This document shows, one piece after another, positions 20,033 through 33,897 of a stretch of 64,000 nt of DNA. Positions within the stretch are counted from its first letter, which is position 1, and each line of letters starts with the position of its first letter. The notes beneath the pieces were generated by a model, which had not been told where the DNA came from, made no database searches, and was given only the letters and a program-made list of their open reading frames with translations. Source of the stretch: an uncultured Candidatus Rokubacteria bacterium (GTDB taxonomy: Bacteria; Methylomirabilota; Methylomirabilia; Rokubacteriales; CSP1-6); assembly GCA_963789955.1 (NCBI GenBank), contig CAWBMV010000036.1:1-64000 (forward strand), written 5' to 3'. A program made the translations under genes and the position numbers.

Positions 20033-21154
20033 ATGAACGACGCGGCGCTACTTCTCGACGTGAGCACGCTCTCGCACCCGCGCCGATCGAGATCGTCCGC
20101 GTTTCGCGTTGGCGCGGCGGCAGGTCTGGTGCTCGCGGCGATGCTGCCGGCGGCCACGCCGGTCGCGGCGCAAGAGCAAGAGCCGACGGCCGCGCGCATC
20201 GCCCGCGAGAATCTCTCCTCGGTCGTCACGTTGATCGCGCTCGACGATCGCGATCAGCCGCTCGCTCTCGGCAGCGGCTTCTTCATCACGCGCGACGGCG
20301 TGCTGGTGACCAACGCGCACGTCGTGGGCGGCGCCGCCCGAGTGCTCGTGCGCTGGCGCGGTCAGAACGGCGTCGCGGTGAAGATCCTGAACTTCGCCCG
20401 GAAGTACGACCTGGTCACGATCCAGACATCCTTCACGAATACGCCCTCGGTGTTGCTGGCCGACTCCGAGACCGCCGCGGCCGGGCAGGACGTCGTCGTG
20501 CTCGGCAGCCCGCAGGGGCTCGAAGGCACCGTCTCCACCGGAATCATCGGGGGCCTGCGCACGATCGGCGGCGTGCGCTATCTGCAGATCACGGCGCCGA
20601 TCAGCCCGGGGAGCAGCGGCGGGCCGGTCTTCAACGCTCAGGGACGCGTGATCGGCATCTCGACCGCCACGTCGGCCAAGGGCCAGAATCTCAATTTCGC
20701 GCTCCCCGCGAATCTCCTGCGCGACGTTCCGCCCGCCTCGATCGGCTTCACCGCGGCCAAGCCCACGCCGTTCGATCTGCGTGACGGCGATCGGCTCAAG
20801 GACCTGGTCTACTTCAACAACATCATCGAGGAGTTCGGCGTCTTCGCCGAGGGCAGCACCTTGACCGCCCTGACCGCGTCGCTCCAGAACCGCACGAGCG
20901 ACACGATCTCGGACGTCCGCGTCCTCGTGGTGGTCAAGAGCCCGCGCGGCGAGGTGCTGGACTTCCACATGCGCGATTTCAAGGGGACGTCGATCCCCCC
21001 GGGCCTCGCGAAGCAGGTGTCCATCCCGATTTCGACCCGAGGATTTCGCACGTGGGGAACCGGGATCGACTACGACCGCGGCTCGTACGAGATTCGCTTG
21101 CTGGACTACAAGGTCGGCAGCAGCCGCAGCGACGATCCCATCAAGCGCCGATAG
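20033..21154 (+). CDS. Trypsin-like (S1C) serine protease with unrecognised C-terminal domain
   Basis: GSGFF, TNAHVV, YDL, ISPGSSGGP catalytic triad; no PDZ recognised. Confidence 0.88.
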   Translation: MNDAALLLDVSTLSHPRRSRSSAFRVGAAAGLVLAAMLPAATPVAAQEQEPTAARIARENLSSVVTLIALDDRDQPLALGSGFFITRDGVLVTNAHVVGGAARVLVRWRGQNGVAVKILNFARKYDLVTIQTSFTNTPSVLLADSETAAAGQDVVVLGSPQGLEGTVSTGIIGGLRTIGGVRYLQITAPISPGSSGGPVFNAQGRVIGISTATSAKGQNLNFALPANLLRDVPPASIGFTAAKPTPFDLRDGDRLKDLVYFNNIIEEFGVFAEGSTLTALTASLQNRTSDTISDVRVLVVVKSPRGEVLDFHMRDFKGTSIPPGLAKQVSIPISTRGFRTWGTGIDYDRGSYEIRLLDYKVGSSRSDDPIKRR

Positions 21155-21162
21155 TCAGCGCC

Positions 21163-21372
21163 TCACTCGCTCTGCCATCCGCGGAGCCCCATACACGCCT
21201 GGAAGAACAGGAGGCGGATCCCGGGATCGTTCTGTCCGGCGTTCTGGAGCTGCGCGTCGGCGTCCGCCTCACACTCCTTCGCGTCCTTGAGCAGCGCGGT
21301 CTCGCGGTCCCGCTGTGCGCTCGAGCAGGCCGTCAGCAAAGCCAGGAGGGCGATCCACGCCAGGCGTCTCAT
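21163..21372 (-). CDS. Small lipoprotein
   Basis: MRRLAWIALLALLTAC lipobox; EC...CMGLRGW. Confidence 0.7.
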   Translation of the reverse strand: MRRLAWIALLALLTACSSAQRDRETALLKDAKECEADADAQLQNAGQNDPGIRLLFFQACMGLRGWQSE

Positions 21373-21392
21373 GGCGCGACGCCCACGTCTTC

Positions 21393-22679
21393 TCAACGCG
21401 GCGTGAGCCGCGTGAGCCCGTCCATGTAGGGTCGTAGCGCCTGCGGGATCACGACGGAACCGTCCGCCTCCTGATAGTTCTCGATCACCGCCATCACCGT
21501 GCGCCCGACGGCGAGACCGGAGCCGTTCAAGGTTGCGCAGAATTCCGGTCGGCCGCCCCCATCGGGGCGATAGCGGATCTCGGCGCGCCGGCCACCGAAC
21601 GAATCGTAGTTGGAGCACGACGAGATCTCGCGGTACCGGCCCTGGCCGGGCAGCCACACCTCGATGTCGTAGCCTTTCGCCGTGCTGAACCCGAGATCGC
21701 CCGTGCAGCGCTCGACGACCCGGTACGGGATCTCGAGTCGCTTCAGCACGGCCTCGGCGTTCGCGACCATCGACTCCAGCTCCTCGTACGCCTGCGCCGG
21801 CGTCGCGAGCTTCACGAGCTCGACCTTGTCGAACTGGTGCTGGCGGTAGATCCCCTTCATGTCCTTGCCGTAGGTGCCGGCCTCGCGCCGGTAGCACGGC
21901 GTGAACGCGGTGTAGCGCCGAGGCAGCGAGGCCTCGGCCAGCACCTCACCCGCATGCAGCGCCGTCAGCGCGACCTCAGAGGTCGGGATGAGATACAGCG
22001 CGCGACCCTCGTCCGCCTCCAGGGTCTTGAAGAGCTGCTCCTCGAATTTCGGTAGCTGACCCGTCTTGACCATCGTCTCGCCGTTCACCAGGTGGGGAAC
22101 CCAGATCTCGGTGTAGCCGTGCTCTTTCGTATGCAGATCGAGCATGAGCTGGGCGAGGGCGCGCTCGAGGCGGGCCATGCCGCCCCAGAGCACGGCGAAG
22201 CGCGCCTTGGCGATCCGGGCGGCGCGTTCCGTGTCGAGCCCCAGCGCGGCGCCGACCTCTTCATGCGGCTTCGGCGGGAAACCGAACGTCCGCGGCTCGC
22301 TCCAGTGACGAACCTCGACGTTGTCGTCCTCGCCCTTGCCCACGGGGACCGATGGGTGAGGCACGTTCGGGAGCTGGAGCAAGAGCCCTTCGAGCCGCTC
22401 GTCGACCGACTTGAGCTCGGCGTCGAGGGTCTTGATGCGCTCGCCGACCTCGCGCATGCGCGTCTGCTCGGCTCCGGCGTCCTCGCCGCGGCGCTTGGCC
22501 TGGCCGATCGCCTCGGAGGCTTTGTTGCGCAGCGCCTTGAGATCTTCGCTCTCGCGGACGAGCCGGCGGCGCTCGGTGTCGAGGACGAGCAGCTCGTCGA
22601 TGAGCTCGGCGCCGCCCTTGGTCGCGAGTCCGCGGCGTACCGCTTCGGGCTGCTCGCGGATCAGCCGGACGTCAAGCAC
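21393..22679 (-). CDS. serS: Serine--tRNA ligase
   Basis: LDVRLIRE start, TGQLPKF, LIPTSEV, RREAG, RQHQFDKVE, REISSCSN, TLNGSGLAVGR. Confidence 0.97.
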   Translation of the reverse strand: MLDVRLIREQPEAVRRGLATKGGAELIDELLVLDTERRRLVRESEDLKALRNKASEAIGQAKRRGEDAGAEQTRMREVGERIKTLDAELKSVDERLEGLLLQLPNVPHPSVPVGKGEDDNVEVRHWSEPRTFGFPPKPHEEVGAALGLDTERAARIAKARFAVLWGGMARLERALAQLMLDLHTKEHGYTEIWVPHLVNGETMVKTGQLPKFEEQLFKTLEADEGRALYLIPTSEVALTALHAGEVLAEASLPRRYTAFTPCYRREAGTYGKDMKGIYRQHQFDKVELVKLATPAQAYEELESMVANAEAVLKRLEIPYRVVERCTGDLGFSTAKGYDIEVWLPGQGRYREISSCSNYDSFGGRRAEIRYRPDGGGRPEFCATLNGSGLAVGRTVMAVIENYQEADGSVVIPQALRPYMDGLTRLTPR

Positions 22680-22684
22680 GCGCG

Positions 22685-25127
22685 CTACTGAGCTTCGACC
22701 GGTGCGGGGCTCTCCGAGTCGACGCGCGCGACCGAGCCGACCCGGTCGTCGGCCTCGAGATCGATGATGCGCACGCCCCACGTGTTGCGGCCTTGCGACG
22801 AGACGTCGGCGGCGTGGAAGCGAATCATCTTTCCGTTCGTCGTGACGACCAGAATGTCGTCCCCGTCACGCACCTGGAGCATGGCGACGACGTTACCGTT
22901 GCGGCCGCCGGTCTTGATGTCGATGATCCCCTTCCCGGCGCGCCCCTGCAGCCGATACTCTCCGAGCGGCGTGCGCTTGCCGTAGCCGCGCTCGGTGACG
23001 GTGAGGATGCTCACGCCCTCTTGCACGACGTCGGCGGCGATGACCTCGTCGCCCTCGTCGAGCTCGATGCCCTTCACGCCACCGGCGCCCCGCCCCATCG
23101 GCCGCACTTCCTCCTCCGAGAACCGGATGATCATGCCGAGCTTGGTCGCGATCATGACCTCGCGCTGGCCGTCGGTACGCCGAGCGGTCATCACCCGATC
23201 GTCATCGTCCAGGCCGATCGCCTGGATCCCGCCCGCGCGGGGGTGTGAGTACGCCTCGATCTCGGTCTTCTTGACCGTGCCCTGCTTCGTCGCGAAGAGC
23301 ACGTAGCCGCCGGCGGCGAAATCGCGCACCGGCACGCACGTCGCGACCACCTCGCCCTCGCCCAGCGAGAGGAGGTTCACCATGGCCTTGCCCTTGGCCT
23401 GGCGTCCGCCCTCGGGAATCTCGTGCACCTTCAGCCAGTGGATCTTGCCGCGGTTCGTGAAGAAGAGAAGATACGAGTGCGTCGAGGCGACGAAGAGGTC
23501 CTCGACGATATCCTCCTCCTTCGTCTCCATGCCGGTCACGCCCTTGCCGCCGCGCCGCTGGCTCCGGTACGCCTCGACGTGGGTGCGCTTGATATAGCCC
23601 GCGCGCGAGATGGTGACGACCATCTCCTCGTCGGCCAGCAGATCCTCGATCGTGAGCTCGGTGGTCTCGATCAGGATCTCGGTGCGCCGCGCGTCGCCGT
23701 ACTCCTCTTTGATCGCCAGGAGCTCGGTCCGGATGATCGCCATCAGCTTGGCGTCGGAGGCGAGGATGCCTTTCAGCTCTTCGATGAGGGCCAAGCGTCT
23801 GCTCGTGCTCCTCCACGACCTTGTGGCGCTCGAGCTGGGTCAGCCGCTGCAGCCGCATGTCGAGGATCGCGCGCGCCTGGATCTCGGAGAGGTCGAGCCG
23901 CGACATCAAGGCCACCCGGGCGGCGTCGGGGCTCTCCGACTGCCGGATGAGCCGGATCACCTCGTCGAGATGCTCGACGGCCTTGCGCAGACCCGCCAGG
24001 ATGTGGGCGCGCTCCTCGGCGCGGGCCAGGTCGTAGCGCGTCCGCCGGGTGACGATCTCCCGCCGGAAGCGGACGAACGCCTCGAGCATCGTCTTGAGAT
24101 TGACGATCTGCGGACGGCGGTCGACCAGCGCGAGCATGATGATGCCGAACGTCGTCTGCATCTGCGTGTGCTTGTACAGCTGGTTCATCACGATTTGCGG
24201 GATTTCGCCGCGGCCGAGCTCGAGCACGACCCGGATGCCCTCACGGTTCGACTCGTCGCGAATCTCGGAGATGCCCGGGATCTTCTTCTCGGCGGAGAGC
24301 TCGGAGATCTTCTCGATGAGGCTCGCCTTGTTCACCTGGTACGGCAGCTCGGTGATGATGATCGCCTCGCGGCCGCCCCGCATCTTCTCGGCGTGCGCCT
24401 TCGCCCGGAGCGTGATGGTGCCGCGGCCGGTCGTGTACGCCTCGCGGATGCCGCCGGCGCCGTAGATGTAGCCACGGGTCGGGAAGTCGGGCCCCTTGAC
24501 GATCTTCAGCAGCTGCTCGATCGTCGTATCCGGCGCGTCGATCAGGGTCACGAGGCCGTCGATGACCTCGGTGAGATTGTGCGGCGGGACGTTGGTGGCC
24601 ATGCCCACCGCGATGCCCGCGGAGCCGTTGATCAGGAGATTGGGGATCCGGGTCGGCAGAACCACCGGCTCCCGCTCGGACTCGTCGAAGTTCGGGACGA
24701 AGTCGACGGTGTCGCGGTCGATGTCGGCCAGCATCTCGTGGGCGATCTTGGCCAGGCGCGCCTCGGTGTAGCGCATCGCCGCCGGCGGATCGCCGTCGAC
24801 CGACCCGTAGTTGCCCTGCCCGTCGACCAGCGGATAGCGGAGCGAGAACTCTTGCACCATGCGCACGAGCGCTTCGTAGATCGGCGCGTCGCCGTGCGGA
24901 TGGTACTTGCCCATGCAGTCGCCGATGACGCGCGCCGCCTTCTTGTACGCGCGGTTCCAGTTGAGCCCGAGCCCCTGCATCGTGTACAGGACGCGTCGGT
25001 GGACCGGCTTGAGGCCGTCGCGGATGTCCGGCAGCGCGCGGCCGACGATGACGGACATGGCGTAGTCCAGATAGGACTTCCGCATTTCCTCTTCGATCGG
25101 GACTGGAATCTGGCGCTCGTTCGGCAT
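22685..25127 (-). CDS. gyrA: DNA gyrase subunit A (one frameshift near 23790)
   Basis: [32 protein letters not shown], GyrA-box QRRGGKG. Confidence 0.97.
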
Positions 25128-25174
25128 CGCGCAACTCCGTGACGGCAACCGCCGGCGGCCGGCCTCGGGCGGGG

Positions 25175-28611
<3,437 letters not shown>

Positions 28612-28648
28612 TGCCGTAAGCCTCTGTTTTTAAAGGATAAAACAAAGT

Positions 28649-29743
28649 CTAAATCCGCATGGGCATTATAACACAGCAGTAACCTTCGCCCTCGACGCTT
28701 TTAATGACACCAGGACTTTGCGCATCCTTAATTTCGAGCACCACCTGGTCCTTTTCCAGGGCCGCCATGGCCTCGAGCAGATAGCGGGAATTGAAGCCGA
28801 TCACCATCTCCTCGCCGGCATACTCGACGTCGAGGATTTCCTCGGCTTCACCGAGCTCCTGACTGGACGCGCTGACCTTCAAGGACGCCGGACTGAGCGC
28901 CAGCTTCACCGGCTTGTTACGCTCCTCGGCCATCACCGAGACACGACGAAGCGCCGCCGAGAGCCCGCCACGAGCCGTCGTGAGCCGACTCGGATGAGTC
29001 TTCGGGATCACTGCTTCGTAATTCGGGAACTGGCCTTCGATCAGTCGAGCCGTCATCACGAAATTCGGCATCTGGAGCACGAACTGATTCTCCGTGATCG
29101 CGATCTGAACCTCTTCGCCCGCGCCGATGACCCGCATGATCTCCGTGACCGCCTTGCGCGGAACGATGCCGGTCGCGCTCGCGACGCCCTGACCGAGGCT
29201 TCGCATGGAAAGCGCGAGCCGATGTCCGTCGGTCGCGACCATCCGCACGTCTTTTCCTTGAAACGAGAACAAGACACCGTTGAGCGCGTAGCGCGTCTCG
29301 TCGTGCGAAACCGCGAAGCTCGTCTGAGTGAGCATTTCGCGGAGAATCTTCGTCTCGATACTGACCCAGGATTGAGGCGACGCCGGCACCACCGGCGGAA
29401 AATCGTCGGGCGCCAGGCCGACCATCCGATAGGTCGCGCCGCCACAACGCAGACTCACCGTGACGTTGTCCGAAACCTTGAGCGTCACCGCCGCCGCCGG
29501 CAGCTCCTTCACGATCTCGGCAAGCTTTCGCGCCGATACCGTGATCGCGCCCTTGGCGCCGACCTTCGCCGGCACCGAGACGCGCGCGCCGACCTCGAGG
29601 TCCGTCGCGGTCAGGCGCACGCTGTCGCCGGCGGCCTCGAGCAAGACGTTCGCGAGAATCGGGAGCGTCTGCCGTGGCTCGACGATGTTTTGAACCATCT
29701 GGAGGCCTTTGAGGAACGCATCACGCTCGATCACTACTTCCAT
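28649..29743 (-). CDS. dnaN: DNA polymerase III beta clamp
   Basis: LPILANVL, ATDLE, VATDGHRL, RLIEGQFPNY, IMPMRI. Confidence 0.98.
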   Translation of the reverse strand: MEVVIERDAFLKGLQMVQNIVEPRQTLPILANVLLEAAGDSVRLTATDLEVGARVSVPAKVGAKGAITVSARKLAEIVKELPAAAVTLKVSDNVTVSLRCGGATYRMVGLAPDDFPPVVPASPQSWVSIETKILREMLTQTSFAVSHDETRYALNGVLFSFQGKDVRMVATDGHRLALSMRSLGQGVASATGIVPRKAVTEIMRVIGAGEEVQIAITENQFVLQMPNFVMTARLIEGQFPNYEAVIPKTHPSRLTTARGGLSAALRRVSVMAEERNKPVKLALSPASLKVSASSQELGEAEEILDVEYAGEEMVIGFNSRYLLEAMAALEKDQVVLEIKDAQSPGVIKSVEGEGYCCVIMPMRI

Positions 29744-29754
29744 GAGGTTCTCCA

Positions 29755-29912
29755 GTGTTGTTTTGAAGAAGAAAGAAACAACTTCGTAGCCGTAGTCATC
29801 GTCGAGCGGTGTGGACAGCGAGAAGCAGCGAGAAGCGCTGACGGCGTCGGTAGTTCAGCGACGCCGTCGACGGGGATAAGCGTGTGGAGATCGTGGCGGG
29901 CGCTGTGGATCA
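29755..29912 (-). promoter_or_regulatory. Candidate oriC unwinding region (DnaA boxes, DnaA-trio-like run, AT-rich tract)
   Basis: Minus-strand TGATCCACA, ATCTCCACA, TTATCCCCG, CTGTCCACA, then GAC GAT GAC TAC GGC TAC GAA and TTGTTTCTTTCTTCTTCAAAACAAC. Confidence 0.7.
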
Positions 29913-31229
29913 CAGGTTGACGCTCTGGACAAGTCCATCGATCGTCTTGCGGAGTTTGGGATCATCCTGCAAGAGAGTCTGGATCTTGTCCACCGCGTGC
30001 AAGACCGTCGTGTGATCCTTGCCGCCGAACGCGCGACCGATCTCGGAGAGAGACGAGTGCGTCATCTGGCGGGAGAGGTACATCGCGACCTGACGCGGAA
30101 AGGCGATCGCCTTGGTCCGGTTCTTGGCCTTGAGATCCGACATCTTCAGGCCGAAGAAGTCGCAGACTCGCCGCTGGATCTGATCGATCGTGATGATCTT
30201 TTCGTCCTCGCCCCAGAGCTCGCCGAGGACTTCCTGGGCCAGGTCGACCGTCATCTCGCGGGCGGTGAGGGCGCAGAACGCGATCATGCGCGTGAGTGAG
30301 CCCTCGAGCTCGCGGATGTTGGACTTGATCCGGCTCGCGATCAGGTAGGCGACGTCGTCGCCGAGACGGACGCGCTCGAGGGCGGCCTTCTTCTTGATGA
30401 TCGCCACGCGCGTCTCGAAATCCGGCGGCTGGATATCGGCGATCAGCCCCCACTCGAACCGCGAGCGCAGACGCTCTTCGATCTCCGGGATGTCCTTGGG
30501 CGACGAGTCGCTCGAGACGATGATCTGCTTGCGCGACTCGTAGAGGTCGTTGAACGTGTGGAAGAACTCCTCCTGCGTGCGCTCCTTGCCGGAGATGAAC
30601 TGGATGTCGTCGATCAGCAGGAGGTCGATCGTACGGTAGCGCGCCCGGAACTCGGCGGTCCGATCGTAGCGAATCGCGTTGATGAGCTCGTTCGTGAAGC
30701 GCTCCGACGAGAGATACGCCACCGACATGCCGGGGAAGAGACGCACGCACTGGTGCCCGACCGCGTGCAAGAGGTGCGTTTTCCCGAGGCCGACGCCGCC
30801 GTAGATGAAGAGCGGGTTGTACGCACGTGACGGCAGCTCGGCGACCGCCTGGCAGGCGGCCTGCGCGAACTGGTTGGACGAGCCCACCACGAACGCGTCG
30901 AACGTGTAGCGCGGATTCAGACCCTCGACGGTGCCACCGCCCGACGCGCGCTCCAGACGCGGAGGCGCGACCGGCTCGGCGGGAACGGCCTCATCGACGA
31001 TCAGCGTGATCCGGGGATGGCCGCCGAGCACCTCGCGCGCGGCTTGATGAAGCGCGTCGAGGTAGTTCTGGGCCAGCCAGTCGCGCGAGAACTTGTTCGG
31101 CGCGCCGATTCGAAGGTGGTCCCCTTCGACCGCCACGAGGCGGCACGGGCGGATCCAGTTGTCGAGGACCGGCGTGGGGAGCGTCCGAGCCAGGGATTCG
31201 ATGAGTCGAGCCCAAAGGTCTTCCAACAC
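29910..31229 (-). CDS. dnaA: Chromosomal replication initiator DnaA (start GTG 31229 or 31244)
   Basis: YNPLFIYGGVGLGKTHLLHA, LLIDDIQF, RLRSRFEWGL, GGKDHTTVLHA. Confidence 0.98.
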   Translation of the reverse strand: MLEDLWARLIESLARTLPTPVLDNWIRPCRLVAVEGDHLRIGAPNKFSRDWLAQNYLDALHQAAREVLGGHPRITLIVDEAVPAEPVAPPRLERASGGGTVEGLNPRYTFDAFVVGSSNQFAQAACQAVAELPSRAYNPLFIYGGVGLGKTHLLHAVGHQCVRLFPGMSVAYLSSERFTNELINAIRYDRTAEFRARYRTIDLLLIDDIQFISGKERTQEEFFHTFNDLYESRKQIIVSSDSSPKDIPEIEERLRSRFEWGLIADIQPPDFETRVAIIKKKAALERVRLGDDVAYLIASRIKSNIRELEGSLTRMIAFCALTAREMTVDLAQEVLGELWGEDEKIITIDQIQRRVCDFFGLKMSDLKAKNRTKAIAFPRQVAMYLSRQMTHSSLSEIGRAFGGKDHTTVLHAVDKIQTLLQDDPKLRKTIDGLVQSVNL

Positions 31230-31256
31230 GAGAGTCGCCCTCACTTACACACAGAG

Positions 31257-31276
31257 TTATCCACAAGTGTGGATAG
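31257..31276. promoter_or_regulatory. Inverted pair of DnaA boxes upstream of dnaA
   Basis: TTATCCACA-AG-TGTGGATAG (one perfect box, one 8/9). Confidence 0.85.
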
Positions 31277-31426
31277 CTCGGGGCATCTTGTACGGCCGGA
31301 GTATTGCGCCGCCAGGCGCGCACATCAGGACAAAACTCCTCGCGCCGATCCGTCGCACGATTGGATGGCGGACTCTAGCATGAGCGTGAATCGCGTCGCA
31401 AGAGCCTTCGACGAGTCGACAGCGAG

Positions 31427-31455
31427 TTGACTCGCCTCGGAGCGATGTCTACACT
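31427..31455 (+). promoter_or_regulatory. Sigma70-type promoter of rpmH operon
   Basis: TTGACT-17 bp-TACACT, then GGAGG RBS. Confidence 0.55.
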
Positions 31456-31490
31456 TGGTCGATTCAACGATCTCGGAGGGAGTACGGCTC

Positions 31491-31625
31491 ATGAAGCGGA
31501 CGTTTCAACCAAACGTGCGGCGACGGAAGAAGACTCATGGCTTCCGCGAGCGGATGAAGACCAAAGGCGGGCGGAAGGTTCTCAAGCGTCGGCGCGCGAA
31601 GGGGCGGAAACGGCTGACCGTCTGA
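31491..31625 (+). CDS. rpmH: 50S ribosomal protein L34
   Basis: [44 protein letters not shown] (translated by hand; below ORF-track cutoff). Confidence 0.98.
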   Translation: MKRTFQPNVRRRKKTHGFRERMKTKGGRKVLKRRRAKGRKRLTV

Positions 31626-31969
31626 CCGGCCGATTTCCTCGACGCGAACGGTTGACCAGCAGCGCTGACTTTCAGGCGCTCTTCCAGCGAGGCAAGCGAA
31701 TTGACCGGCCGTCTATGATCGTACTCTGGCAAGCGACGGACGAGCCGCGACGCGCGGGATTCGCCGTGAGTCGGCAGGTCCGCGGTGCCGCCCAGAGAAA
31801 CCGAGCACGCCGTCGCCTGCGCGAGGCCTACCGTGCGATTCGGAACGCCGCGCCCTCGCACACGGCCCTCGTGATCATCGGCCGGCCCGGCGCGCTTCGG
31901 CAGCCGTTCACGGTGCTGACCGACGAGCTGCAGGGCGCGCTGAGCGCCATTCCTGGTCCCCGAGCGTGA
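31622..31969 (+). CDS. rnpA: Ribonuclease P protein component
   Basis: [30 protein letters not shown]; probable CTG start overlapping rpmH stop. Confidence 0.9.
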   Translation: MTGRFPRRERLTSSADFQALFQRGKRIDRPSMIVLWQATDEPRRAGFAVSRQVRGAAQRNRARRRLREAYRAIRNAAPSHTALVIIGRPGALRQPFTVLTDELQGALSAIPGPRA

Positions 31970-32202
31970 GCATCGCGACACGTCTCGCCGTCGGATCGCT
32001 GCGAGCGTACCAGTCGCTCGTGTCGCCGTTCCTGCCGAGCGCATGTCGGTTCGCGCCGACCTGCTCCGAGTACGCGCGGCTTGCGCTCGTGGAACACGGC
32101 CTGCTGCGCGGCGCCGCCCTCGCGGTCTGGCGCGTCGCGCGTTGCCATCCATTCCATCCCGGGGGATTTGACCCGCCGCCGGCTCGAGCGAGGCGGGCCT
32201 GA
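31966..32202 (+). CDS. yidD: Membrane protein insertion efficiency factor YidD
   Basis: CRFAPTCSEYA, RCHPFHPGGFDP. Confidence 0.95.
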   Translation: MSIATRLAVGSLRAYQSLVSPFLPSACRFAPTCSEYARLALVEHGLLRGAALAVWRVARCHPFHPGGFDPPPARARRA

Positions 32203-32204
32203 CG

Positions 32205-33897
32205 ATGGAAAAGCGGGCGATTCTCGCGGCAGTGCTCATGGCGGCGGTCTTCATCGTCTACCAGATGTTCTTCTTCCCTGAGACGCCGCCTCCGGCGAAG
32301 CCCCAGCCAGCTCAGACCGCAAGCGAGCCACCCACGGCCCCGCCCCACCGGCACCTGCGCCGCCGACGGCGAGCGCACCGGCCCCAGCGCGAACGTCTCA
32401 GGCGGCGCGTCCGCCGCAACGGCTCGTCACGGTGGAATCGTCGCTGTATCGCGACGTGGTCAGCAGCGAGGGCGGAAAGCTGCAAGAGCTGGTGCTCCGG
32501 TATCGCAGCGAGAAGCCGATGGTCATCGTCGGCGACCTCGGTCCGGGTGGGCTTCAGCTGGCGCCTGACGAGAACGGTCCCGGCGAAGTCGTGCCGATGA
32601 GCTTCGACAAGGATTCGCTGGTCCTGACGGACAAGCTCGCCGAGCTCGTGCTGACCGGCGAAGCCCAGGGCTCAGGATTCGCCAGACGCTCAGGTTCCAG
32701 CCGGATGGGTATGCCATCGACGCGTTCGTGCGAGTCGAGAATCCCGGCGCCGCGCCGCGGACGGTCACGCTCAGCCTGCCGTGGCTGACCCGGCAGACCT
32801 GGCGTGGAACCCCGGAGAAATTCCAGGGGCAGCACCCGACCGAGATCGTGTGGTCGACCCACGGATCCGTCAATAGAATTAATGACTTAACGGCGGCTCA
32901 CAGCGTTACGTCCGACGGCGATTGGGTGGCCCTCGACAGCGTGTGGTATCTCGCGTCTCTCGTCCCCAAGAGCCCGGGGTTCAAGATCGTTGCGGCGACC
33001 GACGGCAAGGTCCCCGACGCGAAGAACGGCGATAAGGCGCCCGCGGGCCGCGTGACCATCGCGGTGAAGGCCACGCCCACGATCGCACCCGGCCAGGCGT
33101 GGGAAGGCACCGTCGTTCTGTACGCCGGTCCGAAGGAGTACGACCGCCTGAAGGCGCTCGGGCTGCAGGACACGATCAACTTCGGCGGCTTTCCCATACC
33201 CCGTAAGTACGGCGGCCTGCCGATGGAATGGCTCGGCGTGCCGATCCTGTTACTGCTGAACTGGACCTTCAAGCACGTCGGCAACTACGGCATCGCGATC
33301 ATCCTGCTCACGGTCGTGTCGAAGGTGCTGTTCTATCCCCTGACCGTCAAGAGCATGCGGTCGATGAAGGCGATGCAGGCGCTGCAGCCTCAGGTGAACG
33401 CGCTCCGGAGCAAGTATCAGAAGGACCCGCAGTCGCTGCAGCGCGAGACGCTGGCGCTCTACAAGAAGCATCGCGTGAATCCGATGGGCGGCTGCCTGCC
33501 GATGATCGCGCAGGTCCCGATCTTCTACGCGCTCTACCTGGCGTTGTCGGTATCGGTCGAGCTGCAGGGCTCGCCGTTCTTGTGCTTCGGACACCTCTTC
33601 GGCTTCGATCTGTGGATCTGCGATCTGGCCGCGCACGATCCGATCTACGTGTTGCCCGTGCTCATGGGCATCACGATGTTTGTGCAGCAGAAGTTGACGC
33701 CGACGATGGGCGACCCGCGGCAGGCGAAGATGATGCTGTTCATGCCGGTCGTCTTCACCTTCATGTTCCTCAACCTGCCCTCGGGCTTGGTTCTCTACTG
33801 GACCGTGTCCAACGTGCTCCAGATCCTGCAGCAGAAGCTCATGGATCGACCCGCGCGCACCCGCGCAGCACGCGAGGCGAAAGACGCCCGGGCCTGA
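32205..33897 (+). CDS. yidC: Membrane protein insertase YidC (frameshifts in 5' part)
   Basis: MEKRAILA start, YAGPK, GNYGIAIILLT, NPMGGCLP, LPSGLVLYW. Confidence 0.95.

Noticed and set aside
23780..23800. Programmed frameshift or split gyrA
   Set aside because: No slippery sequence is evident and similar indels occur throughout the window
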